From Mustelus asterias (lineage: Eukaryota): a stretch of 64,000 nt of DNA. Positions within the stretch are counted from its first letter, which is position 1; every line of letters starts with the position of its first letter. Positions 49,750 through 62,169 of the stretch are shown here, piece by piece. Location: assembly GCF_964213995.1 (NCBI RefSeq), contig NC_135805.1, positions 45,198,001 to 45,262,000 of the forward strand. The letters are read 5' to 3'. Below the pieces are notes generated by a model, which saw only the letters and a program-made list of their open reading frames with translations, was not told the origin of the DNA and made no database searches. Both the position numbers and the translations under genes were made by a program.

Positions 49750-49961
49750 TATTAGGAATGGGTTAACTGCAACCTTCCACTTTAGACCTAATTTGTATGT
49801 TAATTGTTTAATAGTACTCACCAGGATATATAAAGGGGTTACAAGTGGCACTGGATGTTGGGTGTATGTATATAGAGTTGTAAAAGAGAATAAAGTGAGT
49901 TTATGAAGAAGCTGGACTTGCATCATCTTTTGTTACTGGACTGCAACTAAGAGGCTTAACA
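49750..49961 (+). mobile_element. Solo LTR (212 bp) with 5-bp TSD GGGAA
   Basis: Ends TATTAGG...CTTAACA (5' TG decayed to TA). GGGAA lies at 49745-49749 and 49962-49966. TATATAAA and AATAAA are inside. Confidence 0.72.
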
Positions 49962-50272
49962 GGGAATGCCAACTTTTTAGATCACAGACATTGTTTATGG
50001 TGACAGACATGCCAAACTTTGCTGAAAATGTCCTGCTTTCACCAATGTTGGACAATCTTCGCTACTTGTTTGCTGTGTTCCAGATCAAATTTTATGGCCA
50101 AGCAGTGGAAAGAGATAGTGGTCTTGGATTCTAGGCAGCGATCCAATCTTAAGTGTTCAATCAATAAATAATTTGCTGGAACTTGTTTCCCAGAATCTAT
50201 GGGAGCATCTACACTTATATATTGAATTACAATCCTACCTTGAATTTTGCTGGTATCCTCAATTTTAAAAAA

Positions 50273-50617
50273 AATTCACTTGTGGGACATGGGCGTCGCT
50301 GGCTGGCCAGAATTTATTACCCAGTTCTAATTGCAGTTGAGAGTCAACCGCATTGCCATGGCTCTGAAGCCACATGTGGGCCAGACCAGGTAAGGACAAC
50401 AGATTTCCTTCCCTAAAGGACATTCGTGAACCAGATGGGTTTTTCCAACAATTAACAATGGTTTCATGGTCATCAGTAGATTTTTAATTCCAGATATTTT
50501 TTATTGAATTCAATTTCCATCATCTGCCGTGGCGGGATTCAAACCTGGGTCCCCAGAACATTTGCTGAGTTTCTGGATTAACAATCTAGTGATAATACCA
50601 CTAGGCCATCGCCTTCC
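50273..50617 (-). mobile_element. SINE type C, full length
   Basis: Reverse complement matches 11299-11643. Confidence 0.88.
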
Positions 50618-51506
50618 CTATCTCTTTACCTTACCTGGAGTGAACTCTTTCTGTCATATTCTTACATTTCACTCTTCATTATATTGTCATCAATAGTCTC
50701 TCTCTCTCTCTTTCCCTCACTCTCTCAGCAGTTCAACAGTATGTCCAAAAATAATATTTCCACTGACAAGTCAATTACCCAAGATATCAATTATTCCTGC
50801 ATTCCTGTCAAAATATTTCTTTTTAATGTAGTAGAATAGCAATAAATACCAGCACACTCTTGGATCTTGAACAAGAAATCTGTGACCTTGATACTTAATC
50901 AGTATGCTGCAGGCTTCCAATACTTACTGTTTATATAAGCAACCCTCACATCAACAGGGTTATCTGACCCACAGGCCTGACCTCGGCTTTAAAATCATTC
51001 AATTTTTGCTTTCTCAAGGTGCCCCACAGCTCAATTTTCCTGGACTTGCTGCCTGAAAGCAGTCAGCATCGTGGAGGAAAGTCCAGACCGAGGGGGGCCT
51101 GCACAGTTGGAATGATTCTTCAAAATGGCGGGTGGAATCCAATATCAAGATTCCCACCCTCCCATTCCAATGGACCCAATTTCCACTGGCACAGGATCAT
51201 GGTGCAGGTAGCGAGCCTGGACCCTGCACTCCCAACCTGATTAGCTCCATTGGGTGGGTGAAATCCTTTACTCAACCCACAATTCTTGTGGGGCAGGCCA
51301 GCTTCTCCAAGACACACAGTTCGTGGATCTCAGCAGAATCGTTCAGGAACCATTGTCCAGATTTGGAAATCTTTAGAAAGTTCTAAAGATCTTACCCATG
51401 CACCATCCGATGTGACCCATGCCCCCTCCATACCTACTGATGCCCCCTATCTATCTCAATGGCCCCTTATAACCTCCATGCTGACTCAGGTCCCAACTAC
51501 CAACAG

Positions 51507-52135
51507 TGTGATGATACTGTGTCTTTAAGAAATATATTTTTACTGTGTTTTTTTATGAGTGGCATGTTTAAAATTTAGCTTTGTTTTACACTGTGCTGAT
51601 TTGTCTGTACAACAGGCAGCTCTCATGCTGAGAATGTAGGCTCATAATTGATTTTAGTTAGGGATATGTTTGTTTTAATCTGAGTTAATGCATTTTTGTT
51701 TATTTGGTTTTTCCCCTGGGTTTCAGAGTAAGCTTTTGATTAGGTTGATTGACAGAGACAGACATATGTTAATGGGCAGAGCTAAGCTTGTAGAAGAGAC
51801 AGTGGGGCGGGTGGGGGGCGTTGACCTGGGTTCAGGATTTTCCAGCTTTGGGGCAAGCTCGACCACACTATGTGTTCTTAAAATCAGTTACTGCTGGGTT
51901 CTGAAAGAAGCAATAGGTCTCTCTCTTTCTCCCTCTCTCTCTCGCTCTCTGGAGGCTGCTGTTCAGGACCTGCTCGGAGAAATAGGTCTCTCTCTCTCTC
52001 TGTCTCTCTCCAGAGGTTTTCTGGAGGCTCTAGGACTGGCAACCCCAGTCTAAGCACGTAAGTCTGTGTGGTGCTAACTGCTTTTGAAGAGGAGTTTAAG
52101 TCTAACAGAGAAATATTGCTTGAATTGGAACTAAT
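51507..52135 (+). mobile_element. Probable long-LTR fragment (Gypsy-like) with CT microsatellites
   Basis: Starts abruptly at TGTGA, is T-rich and has a duplicated AATAGGTCTCTCTCT...CTGGAGGCT block. I found no CA end or TSD. Confidence 0.4.
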
Positions 52136-52349
52136 AAGTTAACTGGACAATGGTGACCGCCCAGGATGTTGATCAATTGCTGTTGCTGCATTCCAAGGGC
52201 TGTTTTTGGAGGCAGTTCCCATGTGGTCTAATGTCCACCCTGTCAGCAGGATACCATTCCTTCAGATCCACTAGTATTTGTTAATCTATTGTTTTGTGTT
52301 TCACCAGTACTCGCTCCTGTATCTAACTAATTGACCCCAATGAGTAGAT

Positions 52350-53030
52350 CTAAATGGTGAGAGATTGCAAAGCTCTGAGGCGCAGAGGGATCTGGGTGTC
52401 CGAGTGCATGAATTGCAAAAGGTTAATATGCAAAAAGCAAGTAATTAGGAAAGCAAATAGAATATTATTATTTATCATGAGGGGAATTGAATACAAAAGT
52501 GGGGAGGTTATGCTTCAGTTGTACAGGGCACTGTTGAGACCACATCTGGAGTGTTGTGTGCAGTATCTGTTTCTTATTTAAGGAAAGAAGCAGTTATGGA
52601 CCAAGTGTTGGAAAATGGAATGGGCAACATGGTGGCACAGTGGTTAGTACTGCTGCTTCACAGCGCCAGGGACCTGGATTCAATTCCAGCCTTGGGTGAC
52701 TGTTGTATGGAGCTTGAATGTTCTCCCAGTGTCTGTGTGGGTTTCCTCCCACAGCCCAAAGATGTGCAGGTTAGGTGGATTGGTCATGTTATTTCATCCT
52801 TAGTGTCCTAAGATGAGTAGGATTAGCCATGGTAAATATGTGGGGTTCTGGCTGGGGCTCTAGAACAAGGGGGTCACAGTCTCAGACATGGGATAGGCCA
52901 TGTAGGACTAGGATGAGGAGAAATGTCTTCACTCAGAGGATGGTGAACCTATGGAATTCTTTATCATAGAATGCTGTGGAGGCCAAGTCAGCAAATATAT
53001 TTAAGAAAGAAATAGATTTCTAATGTCTGA
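52350..53030 (+). mobile_element. CR1 3' fragments around a V-SINE (about 52622-52850)
   Basis: ORF 52354-52581 reads VMLQLYRALLRPHLEC. SINE head and core follow, then the CR1 end resumes at about 52855. Confidence 0.8.
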
Positions 53031-54034
53031 GCCCTCACAACTATCTATAGGTCACTTGTCTCTATACTGCCCAGCACTCATACAGATATGAACACCGAAA
53101 CATAGAAAATAGGAGCACAATCGGCCATTCGATGCAACGAGCAATGTGATCATGGCTGATCCTCTCTCTGAACACGTGAAATTAGAGATCCCTAACATAT
53201 AGCCTTTACGGAGCTTGGAGATGTGGCTCCAAAACAATCTATGTTCGCCTCTCACATACAGCCTTACTCCACGGCACTTTTATAACTTGTAACAATAACT
53301 TATGGAAACAAAAGTAGAATATTTGCTGAAAAAGTCACATTAAAAAGGTCAGTCCAAAACTTTCAACTGTATTTATCATGGTGAAGTTGCCCTCTCTTTG
53401 ATGTATTAATGTCATCCTTTTAATCATGCATAAACAGACTTGTCGATTTAGCTGAAGCACTCAAACAATGATTTCTGTTAACACAATCTGTCAATGTACA
53501 ATCACATTCACTTGTTTATAGTAAGAGGGCCATTTTGTTAAGAATGATCTGACACCTTGGTGTTAACGTGTTATAGAACTTGATGAGTTTGAGGATTAAC
53601 TTCAGATCCATATGAGATCCAGTTGTTTGATTTTCTCTTTTGTGTGGGTAATAATTGAGAGACCGACCTGTCTACTTTAATACTTTTGTGATGTTGCAAA
53701 GCCACGACAGGTGAAGGATTTGGGCCCAGCATGTCAAGCTGCAGATGGACTGAGCATTTTATAACATTGCGAAACTTTAGTTAAAGTATGCATTATAACG
53801 ACCGTATAAGAATATCGTTTGATTTTCATTTGAAGGAATGCTATTTTCCATACAGCATTGCATTCTAAAACCTACTTTGCTAGGCTTTATCTTGACTCCG
53901 AGCTGTCTGGTCTGGCATTGAATATTGGAGGTCCAGTCATGGGAAATGGCCTGTTCCGCCCCAATTGCTTCTGCTTTTCTGCTCATCTCTTTTTCCGATA
54001 TAACTTCTACTAGCCATGGAAAGTAAATGTATGT

Positions 54035-54385
54035 AGAATCATAGAATCTCTACAGTGCAGAAGCAGGCAATTCAGCCCATCAAAGTGCACCGACGCTCCG
54101 ACAGAGCATCCCACCCTGAGCCGATCCCCATAACCCCAAGTATTTACCCTGCTAATCCTTCTAACCTACACATCTTGGGACACTAAAGGGCAATCTAGCA
54201 CGACCGATCCACCTAACCTGCACATCTTTAGATGTGGGACAAAACACCAGAGTACCCAGAGGAAACCCACGCAGACACAGGGAGAATGTGCAAGCTCCAC
54301 ACCCAAGGCCAGAATTGAACCCGGGTCCCTGGTGCTGTGAGGCAGCAGTGCCACCGACATGGGTTGCTAAACCACTGTGCCACTG
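54035..54385 (-). mobile_element. HE1-like V-SINE, tail A
   Basis: Tail at 54035, with core and head present. Confidence 0.85.
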
Positions 54386-54979
54386 ATATGGGCTGCTAAA
54401 TTCAAATAAGGCACCAACGACATGACGATTCCATCATTTTCACCTCAGCAAAATAGACGTATCAGGTTAATAGGCGACAGATAAATAAATAAATATGACT
54501 TTAAAGAGTCTAACAGCTGGATTGGAAGAATTTTCAACAAATAGCTGGGGTAATTTTCTGAGCAAATTCTCCTGGTGGGGAACCTCTCCTGTTGTCATGC
54601 TATCCGATAATCATTGCACATGCTAGGTTTGACCAACAATTTAAATGATACTAGGAGCACAAGGCTGGAAAGAAATGCTTTAATTTTTGACTCACTTTTC
54701 TGAGCTTTTTTGCTTTCTTTTTAACCATTCTCAACTAGTCACCCAATTGTCGTTGTATCATATTTTTGTACTCCTAACTCCCTTCTTCCCTTGTCACATT
54801 GAGCTTACCATTGACAATTTCAATGTACAATGGCTGTTGTGAAAAAGGTACAGGAATTCAGGATGCCAGGCTGGTGAGGTAGTGCCCACCCACCAATAAC
54901 CCATCGGGCTGCAGGAAACCCAGCAGCCAACGAGAGGAGGGGAACCACCAATCAGTAAGTGATTTTCAGAGCACTGCTT

Positions 54980-55385
54980 GTGGACTTGTTTCCACTGGAG
55001 TTTGAGAAGAGTAAGAGGCGACTTGATTGAAACCTTTGAGATGCTGACGGATCCTAACAAGGTGGATGTGGAAAGGATGTTTCCTCCTGCGGTGGATCTA
55101 GAACTATTAACTTTAAAAATAAGGGGTCACTCATTTAAGACAGAGTTGAGGAGAATTCTTTTCTCTCAGAGGGTCATTGGACTTTGGAACTCTCTTCCTC
55201 AAATGGCAGGGGAAGCAAAGTCTTTGAATATATTTAAAGCAGAGCTGGATAGATTCTCGAATAACAAGAGGGAGAATAGTTGGCAGGGACAGAAATGTAA
55301 GGCTAAGGTTATAATCAGATCAGATATGATGGCGGAACGGGCTCCAAGAGTTGAGTGACCTACTCCTGCTCCCAATTTATAGGTG
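54980..55385 (+). mobile_element. CR1 3' end
   Basis: ORF 54978-55358 reads RGDLIETF...FSQRVIGLWNSLP. Confidence 0.85.
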
Positions 55386-57782
55386 CGCCTGTATGTTTAT
55401 ATGTAGACCAGGGAAGCGCAGGGATGTTTCCCCCCACCCCAATGCCCCCCACCCAGGTTGCTGCCATGCTACCATCTGCTGCCCCCCCATACTTACAATC
55501 CTGAGCTTGTCCATTTCCCTCCTGACTGCCTGCCAGTCCCACACCCACCGCCTTCTCCCCAATGACCTCTCATGGCCAACCGATGGTCAGTGGACATCCC
55601 ATTGTGGCCTTCCACTGCTGGCTTTCCTAATCGACAGCCAGCAGCCTATCAATCTGGCCAGCTGTCAGTCGGGAAACAAAGTGAGTATCGTGACACAATG
55701 TGCTGAGGCAAGAAACCATTTGGAAATTATAGTTAGAAACTGATGATGCTATTACTGTTCTGAGATTCTGTAAAAGTTTTAATATGATATAGAAAAGACC
55801 AGAATAATAGAAATGCACTGATATCCTGGTTCCGTCACTCTAAGGGACTGCAAGTCAGTGATATAACTCCGACATTGTCACGACAATTGTCTGACCCCTT
55901 CAACTTCTCCTCTCAACTGGGAGTACAGGGTGAACAAATTCAACCTCAGAAAATATGAAACAATAAAGTCCATTTGGGTCAACAACTCACTCATTTCCAC
56001 AGGTTACATCCAATCAACTCCAATACTTTGTATCAGCAATTAGAACACAAGATTTCTCTGACCTATACTTCACGTAACTATTCCTGATCCCCAAAGGCAG
56101 CAAACAAAACCATCACAATTTTTAATCAAAACTTCCACTATTCAAACCTGACCACTGGGTTTGCCTTGATGACATTTCAAGGAACATTGATAAAAAAATA
56201 TTTTTTGGAATTGAAACACCACGCAGAACTGTCAAGAAACAGAGGCGGATTTTCAGATCGTGCCGAATCAATTGATGATGGCGATTACTACAAACACAAA
56301 TACTTATAAAGGTACAGTACATTTCAACTATTAGCACCAGTACTTTTTGTTCCTCCAACAAGTAACTGAAGATACAAAGTGTGGACAATGAAGGTAAATG
56401 ACTAAAACCTACGTTTCCTGCAATCTGCTGTAACTCAAACTTTCCAAACCTGCAAAAAGGAACAAAATGAAAAAGCTGGAAACAAACCAGTCTTTTCTCT
56501 TTTCATCTGCTGACCGGTATGCTGGACAGTTTCTGTTTTTTGTTTTGACATACCAGTCGTCATCATGATCAGCCATGATGGCGGAGCAGGCTTGAAGGGC
56601 CGAATGGCCTACTCCTGCTTCTATTTTCTATATTTCTATCACCAGACATCCCACCTGTCGAGTATGATGCTTCCTCGCAGATAGGAACATAAGAACAGGA
56701 GTAGGCCATTCAGCCCATCAAGCCTTCTCTATTGTTGATCAGAAATCTGTCAATCTCCACCTTAAACATACTCAATGACTGAACTTCTACAGCCCTCTGG
56801 GGTAGCCTGCTTGTGACACGATTAAATAAACTTAAACTTAACTTACAACGTTGCCGCTAGGTTCATAGGTCACGAAAACCAATGAGAAGGTGGAGTGCGT
56901 GCAAACAATTTTATGCTATTTGTTTCTTCATAGCAAGTGATAGGCATGGTGGTTATCTCCTCTTTGCAACCTCTCTGAATAAACAAAGCAGAAGCCAGAA
57001 TCGAGCAAACACTTCTTCACGTCCTACTCAGCTTTCGATATAAAGCACTTCACTCATTACAAACCGTTTTATTTCAGTTCCCACTTCCTTTGATTAAATA
57101 TTTACATCCACTATGCAAGGCTGACAGCTATTCTTTTATTTTCCCCCAGCATAAAACATGGCCTGTAAATCACCTTCACTGCTGCTTTCTTTTAAGATCC
57201 CTCACAAAAGCCCTTGCTTGCTCTGCTCCTATCATTTAGACCCTGTCCTATGCAAATCAGAGCAGAGTAAAGAGCAGCGCTGCTAATCGTATGGAGCAGC
57301 TTTCACTAGGCTCACAATAAAAGAATGGTTTCACGTTTTATTACTTGCATTGCTACGTGATAAACAATGATAAACTGCGGCTTGTCACCACCTCCGGTGC
57401 TGTCTGAACAATCGACAGAGCTGATGTGAAACCTTTCTAATTCTGTAAGTTAAGGGGCTCTTGTCCATTACGCATTTATTTTTCCTGTGATGGAGGAAAG
57501 TTGAATATTCTTGCGCTGTCTGTACTATTTAACTCATGTGGTGCACTTTTACAAATTTTCAGAATAAATCACATTTTTTGGGAGGGAGAAAAATCTTTGT
57601 ATGCAATTTCTGCCCAAATGAATGTCTAAGCAGGAACTCCCTCTGCCTGGAGATAAATCAACATTGGCAGTCCCTCTTCACTGTGCAATGTGAAAAAATA
57701 CATTCAATGCACACAGAAGTCTAAAATAATTAAAAACTAAGCTTTTGAGGCTTATGGGCACCTTGCATCACCAGGAATTCAG

Positions 57783-58143
57783 TTTTTTTCATTCATTCGT
57801 GGGACATGGGCATTGCTGGCTGACCAGCATTTATTGCCCATCCCAAGTTGCCTGAGGGCGGTTGAGAGTGAACCACATTGCTGTGGCTCTGGAGTCACAT
57901 GTAGACCAGACCAGGTAAGGACGGCAGATTTCCTTCCCTAAAGAATATTAGTGAACCAGATGGGCTTTTCCAACAATCGACACGTTTTCACAGTCATCAG
58001 TAGATTCTTAATTCCAGATATTTTTTAATTGGATTCAGATTCCACCATCTGCAGTGGCAGGATTCGAACCCAGGTCCCCAGAATATTAGCTGAGTTTCTG
58101 GATTAGTAGTCGAGCAATAATACCACTAGGCCATCATCTCCCA
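57783..58143 (-). mobile_element. SINE type C, full length
   Basis: A- and B-boxes and the L2-like tail are on the minus strand. Confidence 0.88.
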
Positions 58144-58855
58144 CTGTATCATGGTTTTGAAGAGGAACTTGAGAACTTAATCTTTTTCATTTGAACTAAA
58201 AAGATTACGATGTTCACCTGTTAGAGGTCATGAAGATTATGAGGGATTAAATCTCTCAAGTCTCTTGGTAGACGCCTCGTTTTTGAGTATGTCCAAGCTG
58301 TAAATGAGTTCATCGCCTTATGTAGGTCCTGTCATGACTGAGGAGTTTGTTGCAGGATCAACATGGATATCCACAGCTCCGACAGTTCATTTTGTCATTG
58401 TTGGTGCTTGGGGGAACATCTGCAGCTGCACCACCTCTGGTTTTCCTCTGGGCACATCTGCTATTGAGAAATTAGTGTAGATAGTCCTCAAAACATGCTC
58501 ACCCAAATTTCAGCACTTGCCACCATGTGGGCCGGTCAACTGCAGTATTTTCCCAAGAAAGGTGGTCTGCAATGCAGAACTTTGTAAAGCTCCTTATTTA
58601 GGGTGTTCCTTCTCTCCATAGAAGATCTGCCTGGGGATTCTGTAGTTCTATGAGGGAGACATGGCCTACTCATCTAAGTTGAATTTTCTGAAGTGTGGTC
58701 TCCGTGCTATTGAGCCCAGCACAATGAAAGGCCTCAGTGTTTTTAATTCTGTCCTGCCATCTAATTCTCACAATGGACCTTAGATATCTTTGGTAGAAAT
58801 GTTCCAAAGCTTTGGTGTGATGCCTATAGCAAACCCAGGATTCTTTTCCACACAT

Positions 58856-59331
58856 AAAGGCAAAATACTACGGCTGTTGGAATCTGAGACAAAGACAGAA
58901 AATGCTGGAAAATCTCAGCAGGTCTGATAACATCTGTGGAGAGAGAATAGGGTCAACATTTTGAGTCTATACCTGTATCGAGTCTGAGCAGCACGGTGGC
59001 ACAGTGGTTAGCACTGCTGCCTCACAGCACCAGGGACCTGAGTTCGATTCCTGGCTTGGAATGTGTGGAGGTTACACATTCTTCTCGTGCCTGACTGGGT
59101 TTCCTCCGGGTGCTCTGGTTTCCTCCCACAGTCCAAAGATGTGCAGGTTAGGATGATTGGCCATGCTAAATTACCACTTAGTGTCAGGGGTCTAGCAGGG
59201 TAAATACATGGGGTAACGGGGATAGAGGCTGGGTGGCATTGTGGTTGCTGCAGACTTGATGGGCCAAATGGCCTCCTTCTGCACTGTAGGGATTCTATGC
59301 TGAGATTTTCCAGCATTTTCCGTTTTTGTTT
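58856..59331. mobile_element. Palindromic Penelope-type element whose centre is occupied by a V-SINE (58988-59298, plus)
   Basis: The left arm GAAAATGCTGGAAAATCTCAGCA and the right arm TGCTGAGATTTTCCAGCATTTTC are reverse complements. Confidence 0.75.
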
Positions 59332-60032
59332 CTGCTCCATACAGCTGGCTTGGAAAGACAATGACCTGGTAGAGTTTGGTTTTAGCCTTCTGCTTAACAC
59401 CATGTGGCTTCCAGACATGATCATAGAGTTAGCGGTAGGCAGAATCTGCTTCCTGGATGTGTGCACTGATACCTTAATCAAGAGAAAGCACATTACTAAG
59501 GTATAAGGACTTTTCTACAGCCTTGAGACAGTTGCTATCAACTGTTATGTCTGGTACTTCATAGTGCGTGCCTGGCGCTGGCAGTAACATTGCTCTTGGA
59601 GACACTAATTTGGAGACCAAAGGTTTTTTACAGCACTCAGTGACTTGTTTCCCATAGTCTCAATGTTCTCCTTATTATGGACAGAGTGATCTGCACACAG
59701 AAACTTTCTGATTACTGCCTCTGTGGCTTTGGTGGAGAAATGCAAGGAGTTTCTTTCTGCAAACACCATATCGGCTCTCCCATGATTAGCCCAAAAACCT
59801 TGCTATGATTCTGGGAGGACTTCAACTGTGGGGCCGTGTAGTAGATGGCTTAATAGGACTCTTAGGTTGATCTTTTCTGTGATTGAGAGGAGACTTATTC
59901 CTTGATCATTGCTGGACACATTTTTGGGTGCTTTCCAGGAGCCATCTCTGTAGTTATCCTTGTGGCTCTGTCAAAACTTTCCTGATCCTTGATCTTCTCG
60001 AAGATGGCTGTAAGTTTGTTAACAATCTTTAT

Positions 60033-61400
60033 AAGACCATAACCATAAGAGTTAGGAGCAGAATTAGGCCATTCGGCCCATCCAGCCTAATCTGCCATTC
60101 ATTCATGGCTGGTAAGTTTCTCAACCCCATTTTCCTGCCTTATTCCCCACAACCTTTGATCCCTTTACCAATCAAGAACCTACCTATCTGCTAAATACAC
60201 TTTGTAACCTGGCATCCACAAGCTTCTGTGGCAATGAATCCCACAGATTCACCACCCTCTGGCTGAAGAAATTCCTCCTCATCTCAGTTCTAAAGGGTCG
60301 CCCCTTTTACTTTGAGGCTGTGCCATTGGATCCTAGTCTCTCCAACTAATGGAAACATCTTCCACACGTCCACTCTATCCAGGCCTTTCAGTATTCTGTA
60401 AGTTTCAATGAGATCGCCCCTCATCCTTCCAAACTCCATTGAGTACAGACCCGGAGTCCTCAAATGCTCTTCATACGTCAAGCTTTTCATCCCTGGGATC
60501 ATTCTCGTGAACCTCCTCCGCACTCTCTCCAAGGCCAGCGCATCCTTCCTTAGATACGGGGTCCAAAAGTGCTCATGATATTCCAAATGTGGTCTCACCA
60601 GAGCCGTATAAAGCCTCAGCAATAGATCCCTGCTTTTGTATTCTAGTCCTCTCAAAATGAATGCTAACATTGCATTTACCTTCCTAACTACCAACTCAAC
60701 CTGCAATTTAACCTTAAGAGAATCGTGAACTCTGACTCCCACGTCCCTTTGCGTTTCCGATTTCTGAATTCTCTCCCCATTTAGAAAATAGTCTATGCCT
60801 CTATTCTTCCTACTAAAGTGCATAACCTCACACTTTCCCATATTGTATTCCATCTGTCACTTCTTTGCCCACTGTCCTAACCTGTCCAAGTCCTTCTGCA
60901 GCCTCCCCCACACCCCGCTCAATACTACCTATCCCTCAATACTACCTATTCCTATTTGGGTCATAGGTTCAAGGTGAAGGGGGGGAGGTTTAACACAGAT
61001 ATCAGAAGGACATATTTTACACAGAGGGTGGTGGGGGCCTGGAATGCGCTGCCAGGCAAGGTGGTGGAGGTGGACACACTGGGAACGTTTAAGACTTATC
61101 TAGATAGCCATATGAACGGAGTGGGAATGGAGGGATACAAAAGAATGGTCTAGTTTGGACCAGGGAGCGGCACGGGCTTGGAGGGCCAAAGGGCCTGTTC
61201 CTGTGCTGTATTGTTCTTTGTTCTTTGTAAACCTATCTTTGTATCATCTGCAAACTTAGCCACAATGCCCTCAGTTCCTTCAACTAGATCATTGATGTAT
61301 AAAGTGAAGAGTTGTGGTCCCAACACTGACCCCTGCGGAAATCCACTAATCACCGGCTGCCATCCTGAAAAGGAATCCCTTTATCCCCACTCTCTGCCAG
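60033..61400 (-). mobile_element. CR1 LINE with an opposite-strand CR1 3' end nested at 60955-61228
   Basis: ORFs 60290-60853 and 61150-61353 ([12 protein letters not shown]) are on minus. ORF 60956-61153 is on plus with a TTGTTCT tail. Confidence 0.9.
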
Positions 61401-61897
61401 TTTGTACTATGCACTTGCAAATCTCTGCTAGAATGCCATCCAGGCTGGAGGTTCAACATTGTTTGGTTGATTTGATTACCGTTTTCACCTCTTCAGTGGA
61501 AGGAGAAAGAGACAGGCTCTGTTTCTCAGGCAACTGATACAGAGTCTCCGTTGAGATGAGGAACCTCTGCCGGAGACCTCGGCAAAATGGCTCACACCTA
61601 CTTTCCGTTGCATGCTTTTTCGGGGATTAATCCATTTCCATTAGCTGTTAGGATAGGAACAAAGATTGTAGTGGCTGGACCTGATACAGGTACATTGTGA
61701 AACCATGGATCATTGCTCTCAGCTAGATTTTGTGGTTCCTCAGCTTTTAAGTTCCATCAGTGATTCCGCATTTCCCTTAAAGTACTCTGGGGTTTGTATT
61801 TAGCATTTTTAAAAACTTAACACTGGCTTGCTGACTCTGCGGCTGCTAGAAGACTTGCACGTGTGATCTGCTTGTTTGAGAAAATAGGAGATACTTT

Positions 61898-62117
61898 ATA
61901 AAAGTAAATTACTGCGGATGCTGGAATCTGAAACCAAAAGAGAAAATGCTGGAAAATCTCAGCATTTGTCAAATGCTGAGATTTTCCAGCATTTCGAGTC
62001 CAGATAACCCTTTGTCAAAGCTTCGACAAAGGGTCATCTGAACTCGAAACGCCAGCTCTTTTCTCTCCTTACAGATGCTGCCAGACCTGCTGGTCCTTTT
62101 CCAGCATTTTCTCTTTT
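61898..62117. mobile_element. Palindromic Penelope-type element with head-to-head hammerhead-like units
   Basis: Outer 23-bp inverted repeat at 61934-61956 / 62097-62119. Central 25-bp arms at 61992-62016 / 62025-62049. Flanks GGAGATACTTT / GGAGATATTTT. Confidence 0.8.
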
Positions 62118-62169
62118 GGAGATATTTTCATCATTCACAAACCACCTTGACAGTTGCGCTTGGTGTATT

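Larger units (their letters stand above)
58430..61897 (-). mobile_element. Degenerate RTE-clade LINE, fragmented by younger insertions
   Basis: Ordered minus-strand motifs: PSTEEVKTVIK...DGILAEI (about 61410-61500), GISLLSI and VLPES..GF...ADMVF (59760-59910), LYGAE/ESWVCYRHHTKALEHFYQRYLRSIVRIRWQDRIKNTE (58700-59345). Confidence 0.8.
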
